Below, in pieces: positions 16,690 to 26,742 of a DNA stretch of 64,000 bases (its first letter is position 1; each line of letters starts with the position of its first letter). The DNA comes from Thermoplasmatota archaeon (GTDB taxonomy: Archaea > Thermoplasmatota > Penumbrarchaeia > Penumbrarchaeales > Penumbrarchaeaceae). The stretch is taken from the NCBI GenBank assembly GCA_025457865.1, contig JALOTP010000001.1, positions 96,457 through 160,456 of the forward strand, given 5' to 3'. The notes beneath the pieces are model-generated. The model searched no databases and was not told the origin of the DNA. It saw only the letters and a program-made list of their open reading frames with translations. The position numbers and the translations under genes are program-made.

Positions 16690-17946
16690 TCAGTTTCCCA
16701 CCCCCTCTATGATGCTCTTACCACCAATGATGACCCTGTCAACATGGTTGGTCCCCATCTGATAGACGACATGGTCGAAGGAAGCTTCCTTGAGGACGAC
16801 CATATCTGCATCGTAGCCCGGTGAGAGCCTCCCCTTCCTGTGCGACAGACCAACGGCCTTTGCCGCGTTCACGGTGGAGGCGGCAAGGACCTGATGTGGC
16901 GTCATTCTAAGCCGGTAGCAGGCAAGGGCCATGACGAACTGCATGGAATGGCACATACAGTTGGGGTTTAGGTCCGTTGCCAGGGCAATGGGTAGGCCGA
17001 GAGAGAGCATCTCCTTGACGGGAGGTATCCTTTCCTCAAAGAGCGAAAGGATGGTGGCTGGGAGCAGGACCGGTACTGTTCCGGAAGCCTTCAGTGCTTC
17101 CAGGTCGCTCGCCGTCGAGACCAGCAGATGGTCAGCTGAGGCCGCCCCGAGGTTGGCACCGACGATGGTCCCTCCAAGGTTCTCTATCTCATCGGAATGG
17201 ACCTTGGTGCCGAGCCCTGCCGCCTTGGCAGCTGAAAGGAACCTCCGGGACTGCTCCGCAGAGAACACCCCCTTCTCGCAGAAGATGTCCGCAAAATCGG
17301 CTAGTCCCTCGCTCTTAACGGCTGGGAGGATGGAGATCATCAGGTCCAGGAACCCATCGCTCCTGCCTTTGTACTCGGGCGGGACCGTGTGGGGTCCCAT
17401 GAAGGTAGCGACCCTCTCGACAGGGTGGGAGGAACCCCTGACCGCTCTGAGGAGGTCCATTTCGGTCTCGGGGGTTAGACCGTATCCCGATTTCACCTCT
17501 GCGCAGGTGGTCCCGTGGACCATCATGATATCAAGGTGTCGGTCCAGTTCCCTTATGAGCGTGGGGACCCCCAAGGACCTTGTCTCCCTCACGGTCCTGA
17601 GTATGCCTCCGCCGCTTGCCAGGATATCCAAATAGGAAGCGCCTTTGAGCTTCATGACTAGCTCGTTCTCCCTTGTGCCGCCGAAGACCGCATGGGTATG
17701 CGGATCGACGAACCCAGGCACCACGGCCTTGCCCTTGCAATCTATGCAGAGCGCATCAGGGGCCAGTTCAGCATCCTTCCAGATATCCTTCTCCGGTCCG
17801 ACCCTGGTGATGGTCCTGCCTGACGCGGTGATGGCGGCATCCTCTATGATAACAGGGGTTTCCATGGCCTCGCCACCCACGGGTCCGGGGAAGCTGTAGA
17901 GCCTGCCTATGTTGTGAAGGATGAGGGTCTCATTGAGCTCGGTCAT
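16690..17946 (-). CDS. hutI: Imidazolonepropionase-like metal-dependent amidohydrolase
   Basis: VVPGFVDPHTHAVFGG, a HutI-like metal-binding motif, plus the other amidohydrolase H/D ligands (KVHSDE, ALATDLNP). 418 aa. Confidence 0.65.
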   Translation of the reverse strand: MTELNETLILHNIGRLYSFPGPVGGEAMETPVIIEDAAITASGRTITRVGPEKDIWKDAELAPDALCIDCKGKAVVPGFVDPHTHAVFGGTRENELVMKLKGASYLDILASGGGILRTVRETRSLGVPTLIRELDRHLDIMMVHGTTCAEVKSGYGLTPETEMDLLRAVRGSSHPVERVATFMGPHTVPPEYKGRSDGFLDLMISILPAVKSEGLADFADIFCEKGVFSAEQSRRFLSAAKAAGLGTKVHSDEIENLGGTIVGANLGAASADHLLVSTASDLEALKASGTVPVLLPATILSLFEERIPPVKEMLSLGLPIALATDLNPNCMCHSMQFVMALACYRLRMTPHQVLAASTVNAAKAVGLSHRKGRLSPGYDADMVVLKEASFDHVVYQMGTNHVDRVIIGGKSIIEGVGN

Positions 17947-18039
17947 GGAACCTACCCCTGATGTTCCTTAAAGGGGATAGACGATATTGGGATTAAACAG
18001 TAATGGGGAAAGGATGGGTGAGGAGGCCTTTTTCGGGAC

Positions 18040-21000
18040 CTATGTCCGGTGCCTTGGAAGCGTTATGGTGAACTTCGCTCCCTGTCCGGAGACACCCTCG
18101 ACCCTATCGCTGACGACAATGCTGCCCCCATAGCGGGTGACGAGCTCCTTGACGAGAGAGAGCCCTATCCCGCTGTAGGTATAGCTGGACCCCCTGATGT
18201 GCCTGTCGAAGATCTTGGTCTTCTGCTCATCGGCTATCCCCATGCCGTGATCGGATATCTCTATGACGACCTCATTCTGGGTCCCACCCAGTGAGATGTC
18301 CACCATAACTGGGTCCTGGTTCTGGAACTTCACAGCGTTGTGGAGCAGGTTGAAGAAGACCTCCTCGATGACAGGTTCGGCCGAGACCAGGGCCTTCCCT
18401 CTGGACGGTCCGAAGGATATTTTCATCTCCTTGTTCCCATAGAGCCCTTTGACCTCTTTTATGGACCTTGTTATGAACGGAACGAGGTCTATGGGTTTGA
18501 AGTCGCTTTTCATATCTTTCAACCTGGACAGAAGGAGTACGTTTCTGACGAGTTTGACGGACCTCTTCTCCAGCTCATCTATATGCTGGAGCGCGGTCTC
18601 TCTCATGACCGAGTTGGTAGAGCTCGACCTTGCAAGCGCCGTCCAGCCCTGGAGGCCTTGATGGATGTTTCCTATATCGTGGGATAGGAGGTCAAGGTAG
18701 AACTCGGCCCTGTTCTTCTCCGATTCGATCTGCTGTCTTGACAGGATGCGATCCGATACATCCCTCACGACGCCAACCAGGGAGACGCTCCCATCCTTAT
18801 TGTTCACCAACCTTGCCACGGTATTGACGTGGCGGATGCCCCCATCCTTATGGAGGGTCCTGACCTCGAAGTTGAAGATCTCTTTCTTGCGTACCATTAT
18901 CTCCAGCTGGCCCAATGCTATCTCCAGGTCATCGGGGTGGATGAAGTCGAGGAAGCTCTTGCCAAGGACCTCCTTGGGTTCGTAACCGAAGATGTCCTTG
19001 ATCTGAGGGGAGCAGTAGATCAGGGTCGAACCCATGTCAACCTCTATGACGGCGTCGGATAGGTTGTTCAGGAGGGTCCTGTACCTCTCCTCGCTCTCTT
19101 TCAAAGCCTCCTCCGCTCTTTTCTGGCCCGTGATGTCCCTTATTATGCTCAAGAACGAGGTGGGGTTGCCATTCACGTCGAAGAGGACCGATGAATTGAC
19201 CTGTATCCTTTGGTGTGAGCCGTCCTTAATGATTATATCATACTCCGTGCCTATGGAACTGCCGTCCTCAAGTGTCCTTCTAAAGTTCCCAAATGCGGAT
19301 CTCCTGTTCTCTTCGTTCATGAGGTCGCCTATGTTCTTTATGCATGCAAGGAACTCCTCCACAGTGGCGACACCATAGTTCTTGGCCGTACTTTCGCTGG
19401 CGTAGAGGATATTCCCGTTAAGATCATAGATGATTATAGGGTCGGGAGATGTAGAGATCAGCGTTCTGTAATATTCCTCACTCTGTGCCAACGCATCTTC
19501 TGCCCTTTTCCTGTCCGTAATATCGCTCATGAAATTGAGGGTGGCCGGCCTGCCCTCCCACTCGATGAGGACCGCATTGATCTCTACCCATCTTACGTCA
19601 CCGTTCTTGGTAACGAGCCTGAAGGAGTATTTGGGCAGGTCCTTCGAGCCCTGAAGCCTTTTCCTATGCCTTTCCGCGACAAGTGCCTTGTCTTCGGAAT
19701 GGATGAAATCCAGGAACGATCTGGAATAGAGCTCCGATTCCGTATGGCCCATTAGCCCCAAGCCCAATGGATTGATGTACTTCAATCTCCCATCCTGGGC
19801 GACGAGGATCATCTCGGATGCATTCTCCACGAGCAGTCTGTAGCGTGCCTCCGAGGACTTGAGCAGCTCTTCGGCCTTGATCCTATCCGTCAGGTCCGTT
19901 GCTATGCTCAGGATGACCTTCTGCCCGCTCCATTCCGCCAGCTTGGTGAGGACCTGCAGAGGGACGAAGGAGCCATCCTTCCTTCTATGTCTGACACCAA
20001 AGACCATCTCATGGCCTTTTTGAAGCTCGCCCATCCTCTCCTCTATCAGTGCCTCGCTCTCGGGGACGTCAAGTTGATGGAGGTTGAGCTCCAGGAACTC
20101 TTCCCGGGTGTACCCGTGGAGTTCGAGGTTCCTTCTGTTCGTGTAGAGGAAATTACCCATGAAATCATGGACCGATATTGCGGCCGGTGAGAGGTCCAAC
20201 AGCTCGTTGTCAACCATGATCCGCTCGAGCTGGGCCTCCCTCTCGGAGACATCGTTGAAGAGGACCGCGACCTTTCTGTGCTCCGTTCTGAAGACATGGA
20301 CCTCATATATGCCTTTGATGTCGCCATGTTCGTATGGAAGTCTGTCCACGAACCAAGGCTTCCCATCCTGGGCGACCTCCCTATACCTGACCGGGACATC
20401 GGTCCCTGCAAGTCCTGGAAAGGCCTCCTCCAGGGTCCTCCCGAGCAGGTCGGAGACCTTTATGTTCAGTATCCTGTCGGCAGCGGGATTGGAATCCCTC
20501 AGGATGAGCCTGTCATTCTCATCGAGCTCGTAGAGGAATATGCCAATGGGAGAAGCTTTGAGTATGTTCCTGAACCTCTCGTTGCTCTCCATCAGAGCCT
20601 CGTCCGATGACCTCATTTTTGTGATGTCCTCAAAGACGACGAATGACTCGATGGGCTTTGAAGTGACCTGATCGAAGACCGGAACGGCATCTATCTTGAC
20701 CCAGACCCTCATCTTTTTGATAGGGTTGAACAGGCCCATGACCGTATCGAGGACCTCCCTCCCCTCCGTGAGAGCGACCATCGATGGATGCTCGGCCCCG
20801 GGGAAAGGGCTGCCGTCCTCCCTGATGGCACCCCACTCCTCGTTCTCGGAGGTCCTCTGGAGCATATCCTCGAGGTCCACCCCCAATATCTCCGTAGCGG
20901 CCTTGTTGGCCATGATAATGCGTCCATCAAGGGCCTGGTGGACCACACCCTGTTTCATCGTGTCGAACAGTATCCTGAAACGGTCCTCCGGACCTATGAC

Positions 21001-21099
21001 GGACTCTGGGCCCTTGCGGTCCTTACCTAATCTGGACACAGAAGTTCTCTTGGGCATGGAAGGCTCCATCAAGGAGGGCAGAACAGAGGTCCCCCTCAT
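18040..21099 (-). CDS. Multi-PAS/PAC sensor histidine kinase
   Basis: 1019 aa with several PAS-like modules (repeated DITDRK/DVSDR PAC ends), an H-box (LSHDIGNIHQGL) and a C-terminal HATPase_c (NLLHNAVKF...DHGMGI...GIGLSLVK). Confidence 0.9.
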   Translation of the reverse strand: MRGTSVLPSLMEPSMPKRTSVSRLGKDRKGPESVIGPEDRFRILFDTMKQGVVHQALDGRIIMANKAATEILGVDLEDMLQRTSENEEWGAIREDGSPFPGAEHPSMVALTEGREVLDTVMGLFNPIKKMRVWVKIDAVPVFDQVTSKPIESFVVFEDITKMRSSDEALMESNERFRNILKASPIGIFLYELDENDRLILRDSNPAADRILNIKVSDLLGRTLEEAFPGLAGTDVPVRYREVAQDGKPWFVDRLPYEHGDIKGIYEVHVFRTEHRKVAVLFNDVSEREAQLERIMVDNELLDLSPAAISVHDFMGNFLYTNRRNLELHGYTREEFLELNLHQLDVPESEALIEERMGELQKGHEMVFGVRHRRKDGSFVPLQVLTKLAEWSGQKVILSIATDLTDRIKAEELLKSSEARYRLLVENASEMILVAQDGRLKYINPLGLGLMGHTESELYSRSFLDFIHSEDKALVAERHRKRLQGSKDLPKYSFRLVTKNGDVRWVEINAVLIEWEGRPATLNFMSDITDRKRAEDALAQSEEYYRTLISTSPDPIIIYDLNGNILYASESTAKNYGVATVEEFLACIKNIGDLMNEENRRSAFGNFRRTLEDGSSIGTEYDIIIKDGSHQRIQVNSSVLFDVNGNPTSFLSIIRDITGQKRAEEALKESEERYRTLLNNLSDAVIEVDMGSTLIYCSPQIKDIFGYEPKEVLGKSFLDFIHPDDLEIALGQLEIMVRKKEIFNFEVRTLHKDGGIRHVNTVARLVNNKDGSVSLVGVVRDVSDRILSRQQIESEKNRAEFYLDLLSHDIGNIHQGLQGWTALARSSSTNSVMRETALQHIDELEKRSVKLVRNVLLLSRLKDMKSDFKPIDLVPFITRSIKEVKGLYGNKEMKISFGPSRGKALVSAEPVIEEVFFNLLHNAVKFQNQDPVMVDISLGGTQNEVVIEISDHGMGIADEQKTKIFDRHIRGSSYTYSGIGLSLVKELVTRYGGSIVVSDRVEGVSGQGAKFTITLPRHRT

Positions 21100-21214
21100 T
21101 TCTTATACATTACTAACAGATTTCCTGTCTTACTACTAGTTTGCTCAGATTATATTAACCTTGAGATATCAGAATCAGCTCAGGTGATGGACGGAGCATG
21201 TCGTTGGATGACGG

Positions 21215-21559
21215 TCATCTTTCGTATTTATCATATTTCAGGTCCTTACCTTTGACGAGAGCGGCAGGATAACGCTTCTTATTCTTCTCCATCTTCCCGT
21301 TGAAGACCGTTGTCAGGTCCACTCCTTCCCTGATGGAGAGGTCAAGGAGGAAGAAGAGGACGTCCGCCATCTCGTCTCCGAGAGCTTCTCTGTCGGGCTT
21401 TCGGTCCCAAAGATAGAGCTCCTGCAGCTCGGCGGCCTCTATTGAGAGCGCCATGGCCACATCTTTGGGGCGGTGGAACCTCTCCCAGTCCCTTTCCTTG
21501 ATGAAAGGGTCTATGAGAGCTTTGAGAGCGTTCAGGGTAGTATCGGCATCGGCTGACAT
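21215..21559 (-). CDS. MazG-like nucleoside triphosphate pyrophosphohydrolase
   Basis: 114 aa with the EAAEL / EMADVLFFLLDL pattern of all-alpha NTP-PPases. Confidence 0.7.
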   Translation of the reverse strand: MSADADTTLNALKALIDPFIKERDWERFHRPKDVAMALSIEAAELQELYLWDRKPDREALGDEMADVLFFLLDLSIREGVDLTTVFNGKMEKNKKRYPAALVKGKDLKYDKYER

Positions 21560-21654
21560 GATGGGATGTAATTGTTAGGAACGGATAAATGTTGATGTTA
21601 AATGATATACGAAAACCTTTTAGGCTCCTCGTCCATGGGCTGTCTAGTGATATC

Positions 21655-22854
21655 ATGACCCAGATAGAGGACGTAGTCATCAGGAAGATACTTGACAGCA
21701 GGGGAAATCCGACCGTCGAGGTCGAGGTATGGGCCGAGGACGGCTTCGGGATGTTCGGGGCTCCGAGCGGTGCCAGCACCGGGAAGTATGAGGTGACGGC
21801 CTTCCCCAAGATAGGGGTGGACAAGGCGATATCCGTCTTCAGGGAAGAGATAGTACCACAGATGGTGGGTATGGACGTCCTCTTCCAGGAGGAGATGGAC
21901 GAGATGCTCCGCGAGACAGACGGGACAAAGGACCTATCCAGGATCGGAGGGAACCTGATAGTGGCCGCATCCATAGCCAATTCCAAGGCGGCGGCCGATT
22001 CTTTGGGTATGCCCTATTACCGGTACCTGGGGGGACTTATGAGCATGGAGCTTCCGTACCCCTTGAGCAACGTCCTTGGCGGTGGAAAGCATGCCATAGG
22101 CGGGACCGACATACAGGAGTTCCTTGTGGTACCTCAGGGCGAGACCTTCGTCGATTCCGTCTTCGCGGCCGCCGCCGTCCACAAGAAGGTGGGTTCCCTT
22201 TTAAAGAAGAAGTTCCCTGGTGCTGCCCTTGGCAGGGGGGACGAGGGCGCATGGGTCGCAAAGCTCGGCAATGTGGAGGCCCTTGAGCTCGTCTCCAAGG
22301 CATGCCAGGAGGTCTCCGATGAGGTCAAGTTCCCCGTCCAGCCCAGCATGGACGTCGCCGCTTCATCCTTCTTCGAAAAGGGGAAGTACAAATACTCCGA
22401 CAGGACCCTTGACAGGGATGGTCAGGTGGCTTTCATGGCAGAGCTTCACGATAAGTTCGGCCTTTTCATAATAGAGGACCCCTTCGACGAGGAGGATTAC
22501 GAAGGGTTCGCCATGCTCACCGACCAGATAGGGGATGACTGTCTGATAGTCGGGGACGATCTCTTCGTGACCAATGAGGAGAGGCTCGATAAGGGTATAG
22601 AGATGGGAGCCTGCAACGCTATCCTCATAAAACCCAACCAGATAGGGACCCTCACTTCGACCATAGAGACCGTGAAGCTCGCCCAGGAGGCCGGCTACCA
22701 GACGGTCCTGTCCCATCGCTCGGGAGAGACCGAGGACCCAACGATAGCCCATCTGGCCGTCGCCTTCCGCTCCATCTGCATAAAGACGGGTGCGGTCTCC
22801 GGAGAGAGGACAGCGAAGTTGAATGAGCTCATCAGGATAGAAGAGGACATCTGA
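21655..22854 (+). CDS. eno: Enolase (phosphopyruvate hydratase)
   Basis: IRKILDSRGNPTVEVEV; SHRSGETED; IKPNQIGTL. The ORF starts at 21589, but enolase begins at Met 21655. Confidence 0.95.
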   Translation: MTQIEDVVIRKILDSRGNPTVEVEVWAEDGFGMFGAPSGASTGKYEVTAFPKIGVDKAISVFREEIVPQMVGMDVLFQEEMDEMLRETDGTKDLSRIGGNLIVAASIANSKAAADSLGMPYYRYLGGLMSMELPYPLSNVLGGGKHAIGGTDIQEFLVVPQGETFVDSVFAAAAVHKKVGSLLKKKFPGAALGRGDEGAWVAKLGNVEALELVSKACQEVSDEVKFPVQPSMDVAASSFFEKGKYKYSDRTLDRDGQVAFMAELHDKFGLFIIEDPFDEEDYEGFAMLTDQIGDDCLIVGDDLFVTNEERLDKGIEMGACNAILIKPNQIGTLTSTIETVKLAQEAGYQTVLSHRSGETEDPTIAHLAVAFRSICIKTGAVSGERTAKLNELIRIEEDI

Positions 22855-22887
22855 GACTTTGTTCTATATGGTAGAAAGGGTCTATGA

Positions 22888-23463
22888 TCACATGGTCCCC
22901 TTCCTTTTTCTGTCGAGCAGTCCCTTCAATCTAAGGAAGGTCTCCCTGTCCAATTCCCCCTTCATGAACCTCTCAGCAAGCTCGATGAGCATCTCATCGA
23001 TGAGGTCCTCGTTCGAGACGTACTCATAGACCGTTCCAGAACCCTTCTCCACTTCCATGACCGCCCTGTGCTCCTTGAGTGAGCGGACGATCCGGTACAA
23101 TCGGGACTTAGATATGTCTGTCCGCTGGAGGAGCTGGTCCGGAGTTAAGCCAGGTTCGCTCCTTATCATTTCGAGGACCTTTCTCTGCTCGGGTAGGATC
23201 CCTTCCCAACCTACGGTTCTGGACGGGTCATGGGACGATGAGTAATAGGTCCTCATCCTACCGGTCTTCCTGGAGAAGACCTCACGCTTTTTCTCAAGGA
23301 ATCGCAGATGGTATTCCAGTGTACCCTTGTTCAGACCCAGGGACCTCTGTAGTGAGCTGAAGGAGATGCCTGGGAGCGAACGGATCCTCTCAAGCAGCAC
23401 TTGCCTGGTCCTGTGGATGTCCGCTTCCTCGGTAACGGCCATGGGATCGACCAGCCCCATCAC
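22888..23463 (-). CDS. Winged-helix transcriptional regulator (two wHTH-like halves)
   Basis: The SFSSLQRSLGLNKGTLEYHLRFLEKK and LTPDQLLQRTDISKSRLYRIVRSLKE helices give an ArsR/MarR-like fold. Confidence 0.55.
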   Translation of the reverse strand: MMGLVDPMAVTEEADIHRTRQVLLERIRSLPGISFSSLQRSLGLNKGTLEYHLRFLEKKREVFSRKTGRMRTYYSSSHDPSRTVGWEGILPEQRKVLEMIRSEPGLTPDQLLQRTDISKSRLYRIVRSLKEHRAVMEVEKGSGTVYEYVSNEDLIDEMLIELAERFMKGELDRETFLRLKGLLDRKRKGTM

Positions 23464-25688
23464 TCCTCATGGAGGATAGATCTGAGAGCTGAATAGATTT
23501 CCCCATCATAAGTGTCTCTCCTTGCTTTCAAGGCCTTCTTCAGTTCGGTCCTCCTTGAATCCCTTGGCAGTTTCACACCTTCGAAGGGGGCTGTCTCGAT
23601 CTCGGAATAAACTATCCTTTCTCTCAAAGTATCGAACTGGACGTCCATCGGTCCGTTCCGGGGCAATCCGTCAGGCGACAGGCGTTCGGACCATACCTGG
23701 GTAACCGATCCCCCTTCGAAGGTATGCGGGGTCATGCGGGGGGTAGGAACATCGATAAGGTCATCCACATGAGATGGCGCCTCTTCTTTCCTCTTCCTTT
23801 CCCTCTTATAAATGAAAAGGGAGATGATGCATAGGAACAATACGAGACCTGATGCGATCAGAACGAAGGGAAGGGAGCTCTTTTCATCGACACGATCCTT
23901 CCCGGCCACATCCAATACCACTATGATCTCGCATGTTCCATTGTAACTGTCGATCGCGCGCAGTCTGAGCGTATAGGTCCCTTTGTCCAGGGTAAGGTTC
24001 AGAAACTCTCCCTCCCCCACCAATCCGATACCGTCTATGTACCATTCGTACCTTACAGAGTCGCCATAGGTTAGGTCCAGGTCAAGCGATGAGGCCGAAA
24101 GGGTGAACGTTTCACCGCCCTTCACTTCCTTTTCGGGGGTCGATATCGATGCGTTGGTTGGCGGTCTGTTCGTTTCCGCGGTCCAAGAAAAGTCATCTGT
24201 CTTGTTATCTTCGGAAGGATCATCGGTGGTATTCCCATCATCGGTAGTACCATTATCTGGCGGTGTACTGTTGTCTATCGGTGTTGGAATGTAGTTCATG
24301 GTCACGTTCCAGACAGTTTCAAATCCGCTCTCATATACATGAGTGACAACAAAATAGCTCAGTCCGCTCCTATTGGAGTAATTGAAAATGAGGAGATCAG
24401 TATCTATAAGGAATGTCTCCTCATGACGGTCAAGCTTCCCTACCGTATAGTCAGAGGCAACCTTGTGGCTAGAAATACCAGCGGAATGGATCTTTTCATC
24501 GACGCCCTCATCATACGAGGAATAATAGAAAAGACATTCTCGGTATTCCTCGAGGAAATCGAACTCTAGAAGCCCAACAACGGGCACTTCCCGTATAGGT
24601 ATTGTGACGTTTGGATCGACCTTTGCAATGAATGGATAGCTACCACTTTCGTAGTCAATATCGCTGATGTTGATCCTATTGTCCTCACTTTCAGCATCGA
24701 ACCTACCGTTCCCCTGGACTATGTTCTTATAAAGGTTTGGGAAATGGCCGTTAAGGCTAAAGATGCCGCTACCAAGGTTGTTCCTTATAGAATTGTAGAA
24801 CAGGTTGCTGTTTGCCGTGGTAACGACTCCATTCTTTTTATTTCCCTCTATGAAATTATTGAAGATGAGGTCACCAGAGCTATCGACGACATAGCACAAT
24901 CCAAAGCCAAAATTATCGCAAAGCTGATTGCCAGCGATGAGGCTTTGTCTAGTATTGTTGAGGTAGAGCCCTCCGTTCGAGTTGTTATGACAGCTGTTGT
25001 TCCTGATTATTAGGTTGAACCCATGATGGATACGGATACCATATCCATAGGAGTCCACTTCATTTCCTACCAACCGGGTGCAATTGTTGCCCATACCCTC
25101 CAGGAAGATACCGGAACTACCCTGTAATCCATGTCCACGGATCTTATTGAACATGATATCGTTCCAATGGTTATCTTTGGCCAACCTTATCCCGCACAAT
25201 CGGTTACCGTTCATCTCATTATTTTGTATCAGGTTATTGTCCGACCGGTTGAGGAAAACATGACAATTGCTACTGTTCTCAAACAAATTCTCCCGAATGA
25301 CCACATTCTCGGCATTAAAGAGCGATGCTCCGAACGCTGCATAATTGAACCTACAGTTCTGGACAGTGATATATTTCGTGGTATTGGCGATGAAAATCCC
25401 GAAAAGGGGATTATGGTAAGGGCCCCCTCCATCGAAAAAGAATCCTTCTATGATGTAAGGATCGCTCTCTGTCCCGGTCCCCGAGACAACACCGTTGCCG
25501 GCCGTGAAGTCGGAATCGCCCTCTATGAGTATCGGCTCATGCAGCTCGTACTGTCCCCTTGTTCCATCGATGATCGGGCCGGTCGTTCCATCGGACGTAT
25601 CGACCGACAAGAGCACCGGCAGGACCAGAAGCAGGCACAGCAGGGTCGTTGCTTTTCCACAGGACATGGGTTTACGCTCCTTTTCCAT
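23460..25688 (-). CDS. Cell-surface right-handed parallel beta-helix (NosD/pectate-lyase-like) repeat protein with PKD-like domain, TM anchor and cytoplasmic tail
   Basis: Signal peptide, repeated N-x-x-x-N/G beta-helix rungs (NNSCHNNSNGGLYLNNT...) and a T/D/N-rich linker. A TM helix (LPFVLIASGLVLFLCIISLFIY) lies about 100 aa from the C-terminus. The gene is ~42% GC against ~60% around it. Confidence 0.65.
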   Translation of the reverse strand: MEKERKPMSCGKATTLLCLLLVLPVLLSVDTSDGTTGPIIDGTRGQYELHEPILIEGDSDFTAGNGVVSGTGTESDPYIIEGFFFDGGGPYHNPLFGIFIANTTKYITVQNCRFNYAAFGASLFNAENVVIRENLFENSSNCHVFLNRSDNNLIQNNEMNGNRLCGIRLAKDNHWNDIMFNKIRGHGLQGSSGIFLEGMGNNCTRLVGNEVDSYGYGIRIHHGFNLIIRNNSCHNNSNGGLYLNNTRQSLIAGNQLCDNFGFGLCYVVDSSGDLIFNNFIEGNKKNGVVTTANSNLFYNSIRNNLGSGIFSLNGHFPNLYKNIVQGNGRFDAESEDNRINISDIDYESGSYPFIAKVDPNVTIPIREVPVVGLLEFDFLEEYRECLFYYSSYDEGVDEKIHSAGISSHKVASDYTVGKLDRHEETFLIDTDLLIFNYSNRSGLSYFVVTHVYESGFETVWNVTMNYIPTPIDNSTPPDNGTTDDGNTTDDPSEDNKTDDFSWTAETNRPPTNASISTPEKEVKGGETFTLSASSLDLDLTYGDSVRYEWYIDGIGLVGEGEFLNLTLDKGTYTLRLRAIDSYNGTCEIIVVLDVAGKDRVDEKSSLPFVLIASGLVLFLCIISLFIYKRERKRKEEAPSHVDDLIDVPTPRMTPHTFEGGSVTQVWSERLSPDGLPRNGPMDVQFDTLRERIVYSEIETAPFEGVKLPRDSRRTELKKALKARRDTYDGEIYSALRSILHEE

Positions 25689-25875
25689 CGCTATGGCGTT
25701 GAGGCCGTTACCGGCTTATGAATGCATTATGAGCTTGGAAGAACAAGCTGGCCAAGAAGGGGTATTTCCCCTTTCTGTTCTTATCGCGTGATCATCCCCA
25801 TATCACTATCCCTCCCGACGGGCCCTTCAGAAACCCTTTTTAGCAGCCATGGGCTTGACCCGACGGCGAAACAAG

Positions 25876-26742
25876 ATGAAGCTCCTCTGCGGCTCTTCCA
25901 ACCCGGCCCTCTCAGCCAAGCTCGCAAATGCTCTGGGATGCCCTATCGTTCCTGCTGAGATCAAGCGGTTTCCAGACGGCGAGCTCTACACAAGGCTGCT
26001 GGAGCCTGTCAGGGGGGAGGACCTGGTCATCGTCCAATCCACATATCCGGACCATAACGCTATGGAGATGCTCATACTCTCATCCCTGGCAAGGGACCAA
26101 GGGGCCAAGAGTGTCATGGGGGTCATACCCTACTTCGGTTACGCCCGGCAGGACCGCGTGTTCAAAGAGGGCGAGTCCTTCACCGCAAGGACCATGCTTC
26201 GGCATCTGGAGCTCGCATTGGACCACATCATCTGTGTCAACCTCCACAAGGAGGCGACCCTGAGGGAGCTCTCGAGGCCCGGTTCGGGCACTAATGTATC
26301 GGTCATGGGGGAGATAGGCTCCTTCCTCAAGACCAAGGGGATAGACATGGTCCTATCCCCCGACAAGGGGGCCATAGCCTATGCAAGGGAGGCTGCCGTG
26401 ACGGCGGACTGCCCCTACGATAATCTCGAGAAGACCAGGCTCGACGGCATGAGCGTGGTCATGGCGCCCAAGGACCTTGACGTCAGAGGTAAGAGGGTCG
26501 CCATCGTGGATGATATTATAGCAACGGGCGGGACCATAGTGAAGGCCCAGGAGATGCTCAGGGCCCAGGGTGCCTCCCGTGTTGTGGCATGCTGCGCTCA
26601 CGGCCTCTTCACATCAGGAGGTCTGGAAAAGCTCAGGCCGGTCCTTGACGGCGTCCTCTCGAGCGATACCATAGAGGGAGCGACCAACGGCTATTCCGCC
26701 GCCGGTCCGATAGCCAGAGCGGTGAAGGATGTGGTCGTTTGA
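25876..26742 (+). CDS. prs: Ribose-phosphate pyrophosphokinase (PRPP synthetase)
   Basis: MKLLCGSSNPALSAKLANALG...FPDGE and the PRPP-binding VAIVDDIIATGGT. Start taken at Met 25876. Confidence 0.9.
   Translation: MKLLCGSSNPALSAKLANALGCPIVPAEIKRFPDGELYTRLLEPVRGEDLVIVQSTYPDHNAMEMLILSSLARDQGAKSVMGVIPYFGYARQDRVFKEGESFTARTMLRHLELALDHIICVNLHKEATLRELSRPGSGTNVSVMGEIGSFLKTKGIDMVLSPDKGAIAYAREAAVTADCPYDNLEKTRLDGMSVVMAPKDLDVRGKRVAIVDDIIATGGTIVKAQEMLRAQGASRVVACCAHGLFTSGGLEKLRPVLDGVLSSDTIEGATNGYSAAGPIARAVKDVVV

Noticed and set aside
16931-17635. 234-aa plus-strand ORF opposite the hutI-like gene
   Set aside because: Antisense shadow. The minus-strand amidohydrolase motifs are clear.
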